Shown piece by piece: positions 1 to 8,691 of a stretch of 64,000 nt of DNA. The translations under genes were made by a program, and so were the position numbers. The DNA is from Candidatus Hydrogenedentota bacterium. GTDB taxonomy: Bacteria > Hydrogenedentota > Hydrogenedentia > Hydrogenedentales > SLHB01. Numbering within the stretch: the stretch's first letter is position 1; every line of letters begins with the position of its first letter. The stretch is taken from the NCBI GenBank assembly GCA_963674865.2, contig CAXXYE010000003.1:32001-96000 (forward strand). The letters are read 5' to 3'. The notes under the pieces are model-generated. The model saw nothing but the letters and a program-made list of their open reading frames with translations. It had not been told where the DNA came from and ran no database searches.

Positions 1-704
1 AACGCGAACGTCGGCGGCAGCGAGACGGCCATGTAGAGGGCCTTGATACGCGTCAGCCACTCATCGAGGAAGCGGCGCACCTCGCTCCGCGTCTCGACGC
101 CCAGCGATTCCTCCACGGCGTATCCCCAGCCCTTCAGGCACTCGCACGCCCGCGGCCAATCCGTGAGGAGGGGGTCGATACGCAACGCCGCATGGAAGCG
201 CGGATCTCCCTCGACGCCCGTTTCCCATAGGGGCCGCTCCAGATCATCGAAGGGGTCATTCGTCATGACGACGGACTCGATATGGGCCGTCTTGAAGACG
301 GTGTCGACGTAGTCCTCCACCGCCTGCTCGGCGAAGTACGCGCGGTACGCATCCAGATCGCGCGCGGCCACGTCCAGGCCCAGCTTGTTCAGCACGGTAA
401 GGACGCCCCGGCACGCCTCGCTGATGGGCGAGCGCTCAACGAACAGCTCCTGCCAGATCAAGTCGGCCTGCTCGCGCTTGCTCATGGCGTAATAGGCGTC
501 GTACGCCACGTCCGACGCACGCAGAGTTTCCGCGATGAGATAGTGGTACGTGATCAGCTCATCCACGCCCCACAACAGCAACTCGCCGAACGGCGGGCTG
601 TACAGGTGCGTGTGAATATCCGTCACCGGCGTGTCCTGCACCACTTGGCGGACGGCTGCGCGCATTTCCTCGGTTTGGCTCTGTTGGAATGGGCCTTCGG
701 ACAT
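1..704 (-). CDS. uxaC: Uronate (glucuronate) isomerase, amidohydrolase superfamily; runs off the window start
   Basis: Manual translation from ATG 704 (AGGAG RBS upstream) gives MSEGPFQQ...TPVTDIHTHLYSPPFGELLLWGVDELITYHYLIAE...SPISEACRGVL...VVMTNDPFD, with an HxH metal motif. It resembles the Bacillus halodurans-type uronate isomerase. The frame is open to position 1. Confidence 0.75.
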   Translation of the reverse strand, partial: MSEGPFQQSQTEEMRAAVRQVVQDTPVTDIHTHLYSPPFGELLLWGVDELITYHYLIAETLRASDVAYDAYYAMSKREQADLIWQELFVERSPISEACRGVLTVLNKLGLDVAARDLDAYRAYFAEQAVEDYVDTVFKTAHIESVVMTNDPFDDLERPLWETGVEGDPRFHAALRIDPLLTDWPRACECLKGWGYAVEESLGVETRSEVRRFLDEWLTRIKALYMAVSLPPTFA

Positions 705-1040
705 GATAACAACGGCTCCTCTCACGATGCTGTGGTGGATATACTTGCGCCGCCCGTAGCATACCGCAGCCGCCTCCAGCGGGGCAATTCGCGATCTTGC
801 GGCGCCGACATCTTGCCGGCACGCGGAAGGCGAGACGCCTTCCGCGCAGCTACCGAGACGGTGGCGCTACTGTAGTCCGCCGAAGGGGCCTGCGTCAGTT
901 TCCGGGATATTCCCGTCCAATGCGGCCTTCTCAAGGGGACCTCGCTCCGGTAGAAGTGTGGCCTGAACCTGCGGTTCCTGGTGGGATGCGGGAACGGGCC
1001 TCCTGTCGGTGGGGCGTGTGCATAGCCCGCCGTGGCGAAA

Positions 1041-1264
1041 GCCCCGAACGGGGCGGCCGCGACTGCCATCACCGCAAGACGGATTTCAGGCAGGAATTCA
1101 GAGCGCTGTTGAAGGCCCACGGCGTGGATTTTCGACGAGGAATACTCTTGGCTGTGAAGTGAGAACGCTGTCGCCCCGTTCGGGGCTCTTGATGGAAAGG
1201 TCCCGTGTCCGTGGGCTCGCTTCGCTCACCCACGGCTACACGCGAGCGCCCCGTTCGGGGCGCC
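1041..1264 (+). mobile_element. Degenerate IS200/RAYT-like (Y1 transposase) 3' remnant with REP-like hairpins
   Basis: 1067-1157 reads HHRKTDFRQEFRALLKAHGVDF then, after a 1-nt frameshift, DEEYSWL*, like the C-terminus of IS200-family TnpA. It is flanked by GCCCCG(AA/TT)CGGGGC hairpins at 1041, 1173 and 1248 and a CCGTGGG..CCCACGG stem at 1209-1235. Confidence 0.6.
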
Positions 1265-2079
1265 GGGCAATCGCCGCTCAGGTATACTCGGAGGGATTAT
1301 ACAGATGCTCGTCATTCGGCTGTGGTTTGAGGGCAATCGCCGCTCAGGTATACTCCGCCCGATAAGCTCATCGCCCCGAACCGTGCTGTGGTTTGAGGGC
1401 AATCGCCGCTCAGGTATACTCCGAGCTTGTCTTGCTTAGCAAGGCGCAAGCTGTGGTTTGAGGGCAATCGCCGCTCAGGTATACTGACGGCCGCGTCGGC
1501 AGCGTTGTTGAACAGGCTGTGGTTTGAGGGCAATCGCCGCTCAGGTATACTGACGGCCGCGTCGGCAGCGTTGTTGAACAGGCTGTGGTTTGAGGGCAAT
1601 CGCCGCTCAGGTATACTGACGGGCAGGTCGGAGACGGCCTGGAAGGAGCTGTGGTTTGAGGGCAATCGCCGCTCAGGTATACTACGCGGGGAACTCGTTG
1701 TGCGCGTCCGGAGGCTGTGGTTTGAGGGCAATCGCCGCTCAGGTATACTCTTGTCGGCCGAGCATAGACCAGTGTCGCCGCTGTGGTTTGAGGGCAATCG
1801 CCGCTCAGGTATACTCGACACCGGTTCCGTTCCATTGTTCCCGGTGCTGTGGTTTGAGGGCAATCGCCGCTCAGGTATACTCCGTTGCGGGTGTTGCGCA
1901 ATAGACGCGACGCTGTGGTTTGAGGGCAATCGCCGCTCAGGTATACTCGACCTCATTATCTCGCATCCTGTAGTCGAGCTGTGGTTTGAGGGCAATCGCC
2001 GCTCAGGTATACTGAGTTCGCGCTGTGGTACGGCGAAAATCAGGCTGTGGTTTGAGGGCAATCGCCGCTCAGGTATACT
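1265..2079 (+). CRISPR. Type II-C CRISPR array: 12 full repeats, 1 5'-truncated repeat, 12 spacers (29-30 nt)
   Basis: Repeat GCTGTGGTTTGAGGGCAATCGCCGCTCAGGTATACT (36 nt) at 1319, 1385, 1450, 1516, 1582, 1648, 1714, 1780, 1846, 1912, 1978 and 2044; a 24-nt partial copy at 1265. The + orientation is inferred from the terminal TATACT box and from G-U wobbles with the anti-repeat. Confidence 0.98.
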
Positions 2080-2080
2080 T

Positions 2081-2115
2081 AAACTCCCTGTAAATGCTTT
2101 ATTTACAGGGGGTTT
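2081..2115 (+). terminator. Hairpin directly after the last repeat (probable array terminator or leader structure)
   Basis: AAACTCCCTGTAAAT-GCTTT-ATTTACAGGGGGTTT, a 15-bp stem with one G-U pair. Confidence 0.6.
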
Positions 2116-2245
2116 CCTGGCATTTGGCGCTGAAAAACCTGCCTGAAACCGCGGTTCTTGGCGGGGTGCGGCCGGAAAACATCTGCCTTCCATTTCGAAA
2201 ACCGGCACTTCGGCCCGCTCATTCGGCGGCGCATTGGCCGCAGCC

Positions 2246-2590
2246 TCAGAAGAGCATCATCTGGGGCGGGGGCTCCTCGGGACTCTCCCGCCTCTTTCCG
2301 TGAAATACATCCATCTTCCCAAACTGGTGGTCCGTTACGGCAAGGAGGCGGACATGCCCGCCGGATGGAATGGCCTGTCTCACCCGTTTGCGATGCACCT
2401 TGCTCGCCTCTTCGCTTCCGAAGTACCGAGCGTATACGGAGAACTGCATCATCAGAAAACCGTTCTGCAAGAGCGTTCTGCGGAAGCGAACGTAGTTCCG
2501 CTTCCCCTCGGGCGTATCCACCGGTAGATCGAACATCGCGAAAAGCCACATCCCCCGATACTCCGATATTGCCAAGCCGCCCTGCGCCAC
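2246..2590 (-). CDS. cas2: CRISPR-associated endoribonuclease Cas2
   Basis: SEYRGMWLFAMFDLPV...GFLMMQFSVYAR motifs; directly downstream of cas1. Start uncertain (GTG 2590, TTG 2575 or ATG 2551). Confidence 0.93.
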   Translation of the reverse strand: MAQGGLAISEYRGMWLFAMFDLPVDTPEGKRNYVRFRRTLLQNGFLMMQFSVYARYFGSEEASKVHRKRVRQAIPSGGHVRLLAVTDHQFGKMDVFHGKRRESPEEPPPQMMLF

Positions 2591-2591
2591 C

Positions 2592-3482
2592 TCACACCTC
2601 CGGCAGCGCCAGATCCCGCCGCTCGCCGGCGAAGACTTGCGCCAAGGAAGCCGACATCCGCGCCGCGATGTCAAAGAGGGAGCGCTCCTCGCCCTTCAGC
2701 GTATACCGCGCCCCCAGCGCCCTGAGCAAGGCGCCCTTCGCCTCTTTGTCCAGCGGCCCCGCCGCGCCCTTTTCCCAAACGTGCCGCGCTACCGCCCTAT
2801 CGACCACGGGCCGGTACGGCTCCATGAGGTCATCCGCCAGCCGGTAGGCGTCGTAGCGGTTGTGATGGTGCAATCCGAGCGATGGGTGCAGGCCCGCGCC
2901 GCAGATGGCGCGCGCCACGATCGCGCGCAGTACGCCATAGCCGTAGTTCAATTGAGCGTTCTGATCTTCCGCATCGCGGTTGCGGCGAAATCCGGGATCG
3001 TTGAACAGCGCGGGCCAATACCGCCGCGACGCCTGCCCCTCGATATTCTGCGTGTCCCCCGACTTCACCTTTTCCGCCCAAGCCAACAGGCCGCGATCAT
3101 CTCCGTGCAAGTTTTCGAGCAGCCGCCCCTGCGCGCGCACCTTGGCGCGGATAATCTGCTGCCAGAGCCGCTTACACGTCGGCCGCGACGCCTCGGCCTG
3201 CTGCGCGAACCGCTCCGATTGCAGGTGATGCCCTTCGATGGGCAGCATCATAGCCACCGGCATATGCCGCTCGTCGCACGCCACGAACACGCCCCCCGCT
3301 TGGGCGAGTCCCGCCAGCACCGCCTGAGTGAAGATCACTTGCCGGTGCGACACAATGAGTACGGCCAGCTCCTCCAGAGGCAGCGTGGTTTCGCCGCCGT
3401 CCCGCTGGAGAATCACCAGCAATCCCATTCGCACCGCGAGCTTGGCGGGCCTTTCCGATAGATCAAGAACGGTATCAGTCAT
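2592..3482 (-). CDS. cas1: Type II CRISPR-associated integrase Cas1
   Basis: 296 aa; NIEGQASRRYW, NAQLNYGYGVLRA, LGLHHHNRYDAYRLADDLMEPYRPVVD motifs. Confidence 0.97.
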   Translation of the reverse strand: MTDTVLDLSERPAKLAVRMGLLVILQRDGGETTLPLEELAVLIVSHRQVIFTQAVLAGLAQAGGVFVACDERHMPVAMMLPIEGHHLQSERFAQQAEASRPTCKRLWQQIIRAKVRAQGRLLENLHGDDRGLLAWAEKVKSGDTQNIEGQASRRYWPALFNDPGFRRNRDAEDQNAQLNYGYGVLRAIVARAICGAGLHPSLGLHHHNRYDAYRLADDLMEPYRPVVDRAVARHVWEKGAAGPLDKEAKGALLRALGARYTLKGEERSLFDIAARMSASLAQVFAGERRDLALPEV

Positions 3483-6400
3483 TCGCCGGAAGTACCTCTC
3501 CCAAAGGCGTCACGCTAACCTTGCGGCAGTTGACGGAGCGCAGACTCGCTATGCTTGGGCGGTATTGCCTATTGCGGGCGTTCCCGGACCTCGGAATGTC
3601 TGCCTTCTTGCGGGCGTCGAGCATGTGAACACACTCCAAGCGTCCGGCCTGTTCTTGAGAGACTCCCCGAACCACGTACAACTCTCGGGCAACCTCCCCA
3701 TCTTCTGTTTTCACGTCCACCTCAATCGTGTCTCCCTGCGTGAGCGAAAAGAGGAAATGCCGTCGAGGCTCCGATGTTCGGTGCACAATCGGCTCTTCGC
3801 TGCGCAGGCGTTGATGGGCCTCCAGCCGTGTCACGACGGCGCCTTGCCACTGCTTTGCTTCGCCTTGGGCGTCGAGAACGGCCACGACCTCCACGTGGCT
3901 GTTGCCGCGTGTCCAGACATGCCGGGTGCTATGGCCGTGTCCTATGGCCGTGGTCTTTCTCTTGTACCTGAGCCGCGCTTTGTGAATGGGAATGCGCCGG
4001 CCGTTTCTCGCTTCGATATGTGGATGATTCTCCGGGAATTCCAGTTTCTTGACGTCGCCCAGCTCCTCGATCTTCTCGCGCACCTTCTCCCTGATGTGGT
4101 CGTCCACAATGGCCGCAACGTCCCCCGCGCTCAAGTCCTTCAACGGCTTCCGCACGTAGGCCCATCCGTCCTCGGCAGGGGCCTCTCCGTAGAACGTTTC
4201 TTCGTGTAGGCTGCCCCGGATCTTCCGGGATACGCGGTGCGATACCACAATGTGATCGATGCATCCCTGAACATCCCGCAGGAAGCCGTCCCAGGGCGTC
4301 TCCAAGAGCTTCCACCATCCTCGGCTCCGGCCTTTTTCGTGTAGCTGCCGCTCCGAAGCCTTGCTCATCGCGGCCACCGTCCGGCGATCCGTCAGCGCAA
4401 TCACCACAGCGTCGATGGCGTGGTGCCGGTGATCGGCGCGTGATTTCCCGCCGCCGTCGCCGAGGATCTTGTTCAGGTTCCAGGCCCCGCGCAGATAGGC
4501 CGTTACCTTGCCCGGACTGACCTGCACGCGGCTCCGCGCCGCCTCGCCGTAGAGCCAGGCCAAGTACTTCATCGCCTCGCGGCCCGCGTAGCGCGTGTCG
4601 TTGAGCTTGCTCGACGCGAAGTCATCGAAAGGATCAAGATTCCGCAGTTGGAAGCGTTCGAGTTTTGCTTTCGCCGCGTCTCCCCGAAACTGCTTGACGC
4701 GATCGACGATCTCTTCCCACCTGTCCGAATCGCCGCCGTAGGCCTCAAAGGGCGTCTTGTTGCCTTTCCGACTCTGGTTTTCCTCGTGGTAGCAAAGCGT
4801 CTTGTTGAGGAAGGAATCATCCAGGCAGCGGCTGAAGGGGATGATGTGCTCCACGTCAAACTGCGGGTGAGCACCCACAAGCCCGGCAATGGAGATAGGT
4901 TTGCCCGTGTAGGGGCACTTCATATTCGACTCAATGGCCAACAGGACCTTCTCGATATCGGCCCGGCTCGGTTCTTTGTTGCCCGTCTCGTCCAAGATGA
5001 GCCTCGCGGCGTCTTTGCGCTTGGACTCGCGCTTGCGGCTGTTTTCCCATATCCGCTTGCGCTGCTCGCGCGGATTCTTCAAGTCTCGCGCCAGTTCCAG
5101 GCGGATGGCATCCGGCTTCCCGTATTTCCTGATGACTGCATTCACCACCTTGCGCAACTCGGTGAGCGCGCGGTGAACCGCCGGATTGCGCAGCGTCAGG
5201 CCTGCATCGTCCACCGAGGGCAGCTCGTCCACCGCCAGCTTCTGCCATTCCCGCGGATAGATCTCCGCCTTGGCCGTGGCAAAGGCCGTGCCCTCTTCCA
5301 TAATAGGCAGCAGTTTGCGCAAGGCCCGGCGTGATAACGCGCTGTAGCCCTTCTCCAACTGCACTTTTCCGAAGGCGGCCGCCGCTTCCGGATCCAGTGC
5401 CCATACCTCTCGCCCCCGCCGCGCCAAGACCGATTCCTTCTGAATACTCCGCACGTCGTCAATGATGCTTTCCCGTTCGGCGTCACACAGCGAGTCCCAG
5501 CGCGCTCCAAAGATCTTGCGCAGTCGTGCGGCGGTGCGGTTGCCTGGCAGCTTCTTTTCCCCGCCCCGCTCGAGATTGAATTCGCACCCCTTCAGCTTCA
5601 GTAGTGTCCTGATGCTCCCGAAGGTGGCATCCTCCTGTTGCTCCAATTTGTCTAGGAGCTTCGCCCGCTCCTCGGGCGTCAACGGCCTAGGTTGCCCCTC
5701 TGGTGGGTGAACGCGCAGATCGTTGACCTTTTGCAGCAGCCGGAATCGCTGCGCTTCCGGGAGCGCCAGTGCCGCCCGTTTTCGCCCTTTCTCAAGCTCG
5801 CACTTGCCGATAAGGTGCTTCGCGCTCTTGAGCGGACGCTGGTAGAAGATCGCCCGGCGCACCTGCCGGTGTAGCTTCTCCGTCAGCAGTTCAGGATGAT
5901 ATGCCTGCTGTGCTTGCCAAAGAGCATCAAACTCTTCCTCGTACATCCGCCGCGCCGTCAAGCGCTTCCTGAGCCGCCGCTCCAGAATGGGATCAACTTT
6001 GGCGAGGTATTCGCCTAGCGTGCGAGCGCCTGCCTTCTGAATCAGTCCCGCCAGCTCACTGATCGCGGGCCCGACTTTGCCCTTTTCGTCATCATCGAGA
6101 GGCGTCTTGCGGTTGCTCAAGTATCCGCGTCGCTGTGCCAAGTGGTACAGAGCGCGGCCGAAGGCATGCAACTCAAGCCGTTCATCCAGTCCGCGTGCTC
6201 GGAGGAAGTACGGCAACTGAGTCAGGGCCGGGCGAAGCGGCGCGTCGGCCGCCGTTTCCGCCTCGAACGCCTTGTAGAGTTCATTGTCTAGTTTGGCCAG
6301 GAGTGCGTGGCGTTCCGCGCCCCCCTTTACATCCCCGGGCGGCAGGAGTCCTGAACGCTGCAATAGGCCGGCCAGTTTCCGCATCCGCCGCGCCTGCCTG

Positions 6401-6621
6401 TCCGTTTGACGCCGTCGCTGCCGGGCCTCCCGCCGTTTTGCGGAGCGGGCCTCATCTTTGCCGGACTCGATCTGCCCCTCGACGCCTGCCTCGAATACTC
6501 GCACGCCGGTGGCCACCAGTCCGACAGGCTGCCCATCCTGGTAGGAGACGAGCGCCCATCCCAATGAGTTTGCCCCCAGGTCCAGTCCTAGAATTCGTTC
6601 ACCACCACCGCTATTGTCCAT
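3475..6621 (-). CDS. cas9: Type II-C Cas9 (~1048 aa)
   Basis: RuvC-I ILGLDLGANSLGWA, Arg-rich bridge helix, RuvC-II IRLELAR, HNH DVEHIIPFSR..DDSFLNK..N..KGNKTP, RuvC-III HHAIDA. No csn2 or cas4 in the locus. Start moved to ATG 6621 (GAGGG RBS) because the longer ORF overlaps the tracrRNA. Confidence 0.97.
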   Translation of the reverse strand: MDNSGGGERILGLDLGANSLGWALVSYQDGQPVGLVATGVRVFEAGVEGQIESGKDEARSAKRREARQRRRQTDRQARRMRKLAGLLQRSGLLPPGDVKGGAERHALLAKLDNELYKAFEAETAADAPLRPALTQLPYFLRARGLDERLELHAFGRALYHLAQRRGYLSNRKTPLDDDEKGKVGPAISELAGLIQKAGARTLGEYLAKVDPILERRLRKRLTARRMYEEEFDALWQAQQAYHPELLTEKLHRQVRRAIFYQRPLKSAKHLIGKCELEKGRKRAALALPEAQRFRLLQKVNDLRVHPPEGQPRPLTPEERAKLLDKLEQQEDATFGSIRTLLKLKGCEFNLERGGEKKLPGNRTAARLRKIFGARWDSLCDAERESIIDDVRSIQKESVLARRGREVWALDPEAAAAFGKVQLEKGYSALSRRALRKLLPIMEEGTAFATAKAEIYPREWQKLAVDELPSVDDAGLTLRNPAVHRALTELRKVVNAVIRKYGKPDAIRLELARDLKNPREQRKRIWENSRKRESKRKDAARLILDETGNKEPSRADIEKVLLAIESNMKCPYTGKPISIAGLVGAHPQFDVEHIIPFSRCLDDSFLNKTLCYHEENQSRKGNKTPFEAYGGDSDRWEEIVDRVKQFRGDAAKAKLERFQLRNLDPFDDFASSKLNDTRYAGREAMKYLAWLYGEAARSRVQVSPGKVTAYLRGAWNLNKILGDGGGKSRADHRHHAIDAVVIALTDRRTVAAMSKASERQLHEKGRSRGWWKLLETPWDGFLRDVQGCIDHIVVSHRVSRKIRGSLHEETFYGEAPAEDGWAYVRKPLKDLSAGDVAAIVDDHIREKVREKIEELGDVKKLEFPENHPHIEARNGRRIPIHKARLRYKRKTTAIGHGHSTRHVWTRGNSHVEVVAVLDAQGEAKQWQGAVVTRLEAHQRLRSEEPIVHRTSEPRRHFLFSLTQGDTIEVDVKTEDGEVARELYVVRGVSQEQAGRLECVHMLDARKKADIPRSGNARNRQYRPSIASLRSVNCRKVSVTPLGEVLPAND

Positions 6622-6646
6622 CTGATGCTTCCCTCGCACATTCTCC

Positions 6647-6675
6647 TTGACGCCAGTCCTAATACGGTGTAAGAT
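6647..6675 (+). promoter_or_regulatory. Sigma70-type promoter of the tracrRNA
   Basis: TTGACG(6647)-17 bp-TAAGAT(6670), ending 6 nt before the anti-repeat. Confidence 0.7.
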
Positions 6676-6681
6676 AGCCAT

Positions 6682-6804
6682 AGTATACCTGAGCGGCGGT
6701 TGTCGGCAAATCATAGTAATGAGGCAATCGTCTCGCAGGGCAACGCTTCACAGCTTCAAGCTGTCAAGCGCCCTACCGGCCCTCTCTATGGGGGCTTTTT
6801 CTTT
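6682..6804 (+). ncRNA. tracrRNA
   Basis: 6682-6717 matches the reverse complement of the repeat at 29/36 positions; 5 of the 7 differences become G-U pairs if both RNAs are + strand. Followed by a nexus-like AATGAGGC, stem-loops and the terminator GGCCCTC-TCTAT-GGGGGC-TTTTTCTTT. Confidence 0.92.
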
Positions 6805-6920
6805 GAGGAACTTGGCGGCGCGCCGCGTCGATCTTCGTCGCCTTCCGCCAAAGGCGTGGACGGCGGCTCAGGATCCGTCCCACGGACATTCGACGGTGCA
6901 GGTGGGGCGCGCCGTGATCT

Positions 6921-7130
6921 TCCCAGATCCGCACGTAAGCCGGGCAGGTTTCGCGCCAATCGAGGGAATATGCAGGCTGGAAGCCTGCGCCACAATAGGG
7001 CCTTTCTTGGGACTGTGGCAAGCGGTTCCTGACAAAGGGCGAGCGCGCCGGAGATTGTAGCGCGGGCATCCTGCCTGCTTCCGGCGCGCGTGCTTGGGAT
7101 TCAGGACCACGCTTACGTGCGGATTCTGGA
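6921..7130. repeat. REPIN/MITE-like inverted-repeat element (copy 1)
   Basis: Outer imperfect inverted repeats at 6921-6940 and 7111-7130; inner inverted pair TGCAGGCTGGAAGCCTGCGCCACAAT / ATTGTAGCGCGGGCATCCTGCCTGC; related copy near 24.2 kb. Confidence 0.75.
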
Positions 7131-7204
7131 TCTTCCGAACCCCTTGCGTTCCAAGGTGGTACGTGCGATAGTGTGAACAGGTTGCCAACCGTGGGAGGTG
7201 AGGG

Positions 7205-8653
7205 GTGACTAAGGCGGAACCACAGTGCCTGAGTGTCCGGCAAGAGGAGCCGGCGTACGGTACGCCAAAGGGCTCCAACGTGCAGTCTTTCCTGCTGCAC
7301 AGCCGTCTGTTGGGCACCCGCCTGTACATCCATGCCCTCGTCCGCTTCATCGTCGTCGGCTGTATGATCGGCGGCGCGTTCTTCGCCCAGGATGTTGTGG
7401 GCATCGAAGGCCTCAGCGTGTCGAGCCTGGCGCTTCTCGGCATTCTCCTGGGCCTCTATAACATCGTCATCTTCGCGGTGGTTCGGCGCTACTACCAGGA
7501 CACGGAGGCCACCGCGTCTTCTTACCCTTTTCTGACGCGGCTCATGCACACCACCATCGCCGCGGATTTCGTCTTCCTCACGACGGCGCTGTGGCTTGTG
7601 GGCGGGGCCAAGTCGCCATTCAAGGCTTTCTACGTCATCCACGTGATTATCGCGGTGATCCTACTGTCTCCGCGGGCGGCGTTCGCGCACGCCCTGTTCG
7701 GCTTTTTGCTGCTCACGGGACTTGTGGTGGGCCAATGGCTCGGATGGATTCCCGTCCTCATGCCGCTGGGAGCCGTGAACAGCACCGCCCCCCTGGACGG
7801 CCGCTACGTCATCACCGTGTTAGTGGTCCAGGGCATGCTGATGGCGCTTACCTTGTTCTTGCTGACTGGACTGGTGCACCTTCTTCGGAGCGGCGAACAG
7901 CGGCTTCGGACGGCCAACACGGAACTCGAGCGGCTTTCGGAAATGCACCGCGCCTTCCTGCACATCGCCATCCACGATCTGAAGGCTCCCGTGTCGGCGG
8001 CTACGATGCTCCTGGACACGCTTGAGACGGGCGGGCAGAGCCCGTTGACGGATGAGCAGCGGCTCATCATGGGCCGCGTCCACGCGCGTCTCGAGGAGGT
8101 GACGGCCTTCCTGCGGGATTTCGAGGTGCTCGCCGCCCTGGAAACGGCAAGTATCGAGAAACATGGGAGCGCCGTGGACATCTCCGCCCTGGTGCAGGAA
8201 GTGGCGGCGGAGAATACGGACTTGGCGAAGCTGCACGGGCACACGCTTTCCGTCGAGTTGAAGGAGGCGCTGCCGCAAGTGTACGGAATCGAGCGGCTGA
8301 TTCACGAAGCCGTGGCCAACCTCATCACCAATGCCATCAAATACACGCCGGACGGCGGAAGCATCATGGTTCGCGGCCTGCCGTGCAATGGCTATGTCTG
8401 CGTCGCCGTCGAGGACAACGGCGTGGGCATTCGGCCGGAGGATCAGGGCCGGCTGTTTCAGGAATTCGTCCGGATCCGGCGGGCGGAGCAGGCCTCCGCG
8501 AAGATGCTGAGCAGTGGCTTGGGCCTTTCGATTGTGAAGAGAATCATCGAGGCCCACGGAGGCAAGGTCGAAGTCGACAGCGAACCGAACAAGGGCAGCA
8601 TCTTCACGATACGGCTCCCGCTCGACGCGGGACGAAGCACCGCGCGTAACTGA
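7205..8653 (+). CDS. Membrane-bound sensor histidine kinase
   Basis: Several hydrophobic helices; H-box AIHDLKAPV, N-box NLITNAIKY, G-boxes DNGVGI and GLGLSIV. Confidence 0.9.
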   Translation: MTKAEPQCLSVRQEEPAYGTPKGSNVQSFLLHSRLLGTRLYIHALVRFIVVGCMIGGAFFAQDVVGIEGLSVSSLALLGILLGLYNIVIFAVVRRYYQDTEATASSYPFLTRLMHTTIAADFVFLTTALWLVGGAKSPFKAFYVIHVIIAVILLSPRAAFAHALFGFLLLTGLVVGQWLGWIPVLMPLGAVNSTAPLDGRYVITVLVVQGMLMALTLFLLTGLVHLLRSGEQRLRTANTELERLSEMHRAFLHIAIHDLKAPVSAATMLLDTLETGGQSPLTDEQRLIMGRVHARLEEVTAFLRDFEVLAALETASIEKHGSAVDISALVQEVAAENTDLAKLHGHTLSVELKEALPQVYGIERLIHEAVANLITNAIKYTPDGGSIMVRGLPCNGYVCVAVEDNGVGIRPEDQGRLFQEFVRIRRAEQASAKMLSSGLGLSIVKRIIEAHGGKVEVDSEPNKGSIFTIRLPLDAGRSTARN

Positions 8654-8691
8654 TTATTGGGGGGCGGCTTTCAGGCCGCACCTCCAGACGC

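Noticed and set aside
1151..1163. GCTGTGAAGTGAG resembling the missing 5' part of the truncated repeat
   Set aside because: Only 10/13 match and it coincides with the last codons of the transposase-like relic; probably chance.
1289..2043. Self-targeting spacers
   Set aside because: No convincing protospacer found by eye in the window (only a ~13-nt partial match near 51640); a proper search was not possible.
1312..2208. Long repetitive ORFs on both strands across the array
   Set aside because: They arise from the mostly 66-bp repeat-spacer period being a multiple of three; they are not proteins.
6622..6714. 31-aa N-terminal extension of Cas9 in the ORF track
   Set aside because: It overlaps the tracrRNA and its promoter; RuvC-I normally lies near the N-terminus and ATG 6621 has an RBS.
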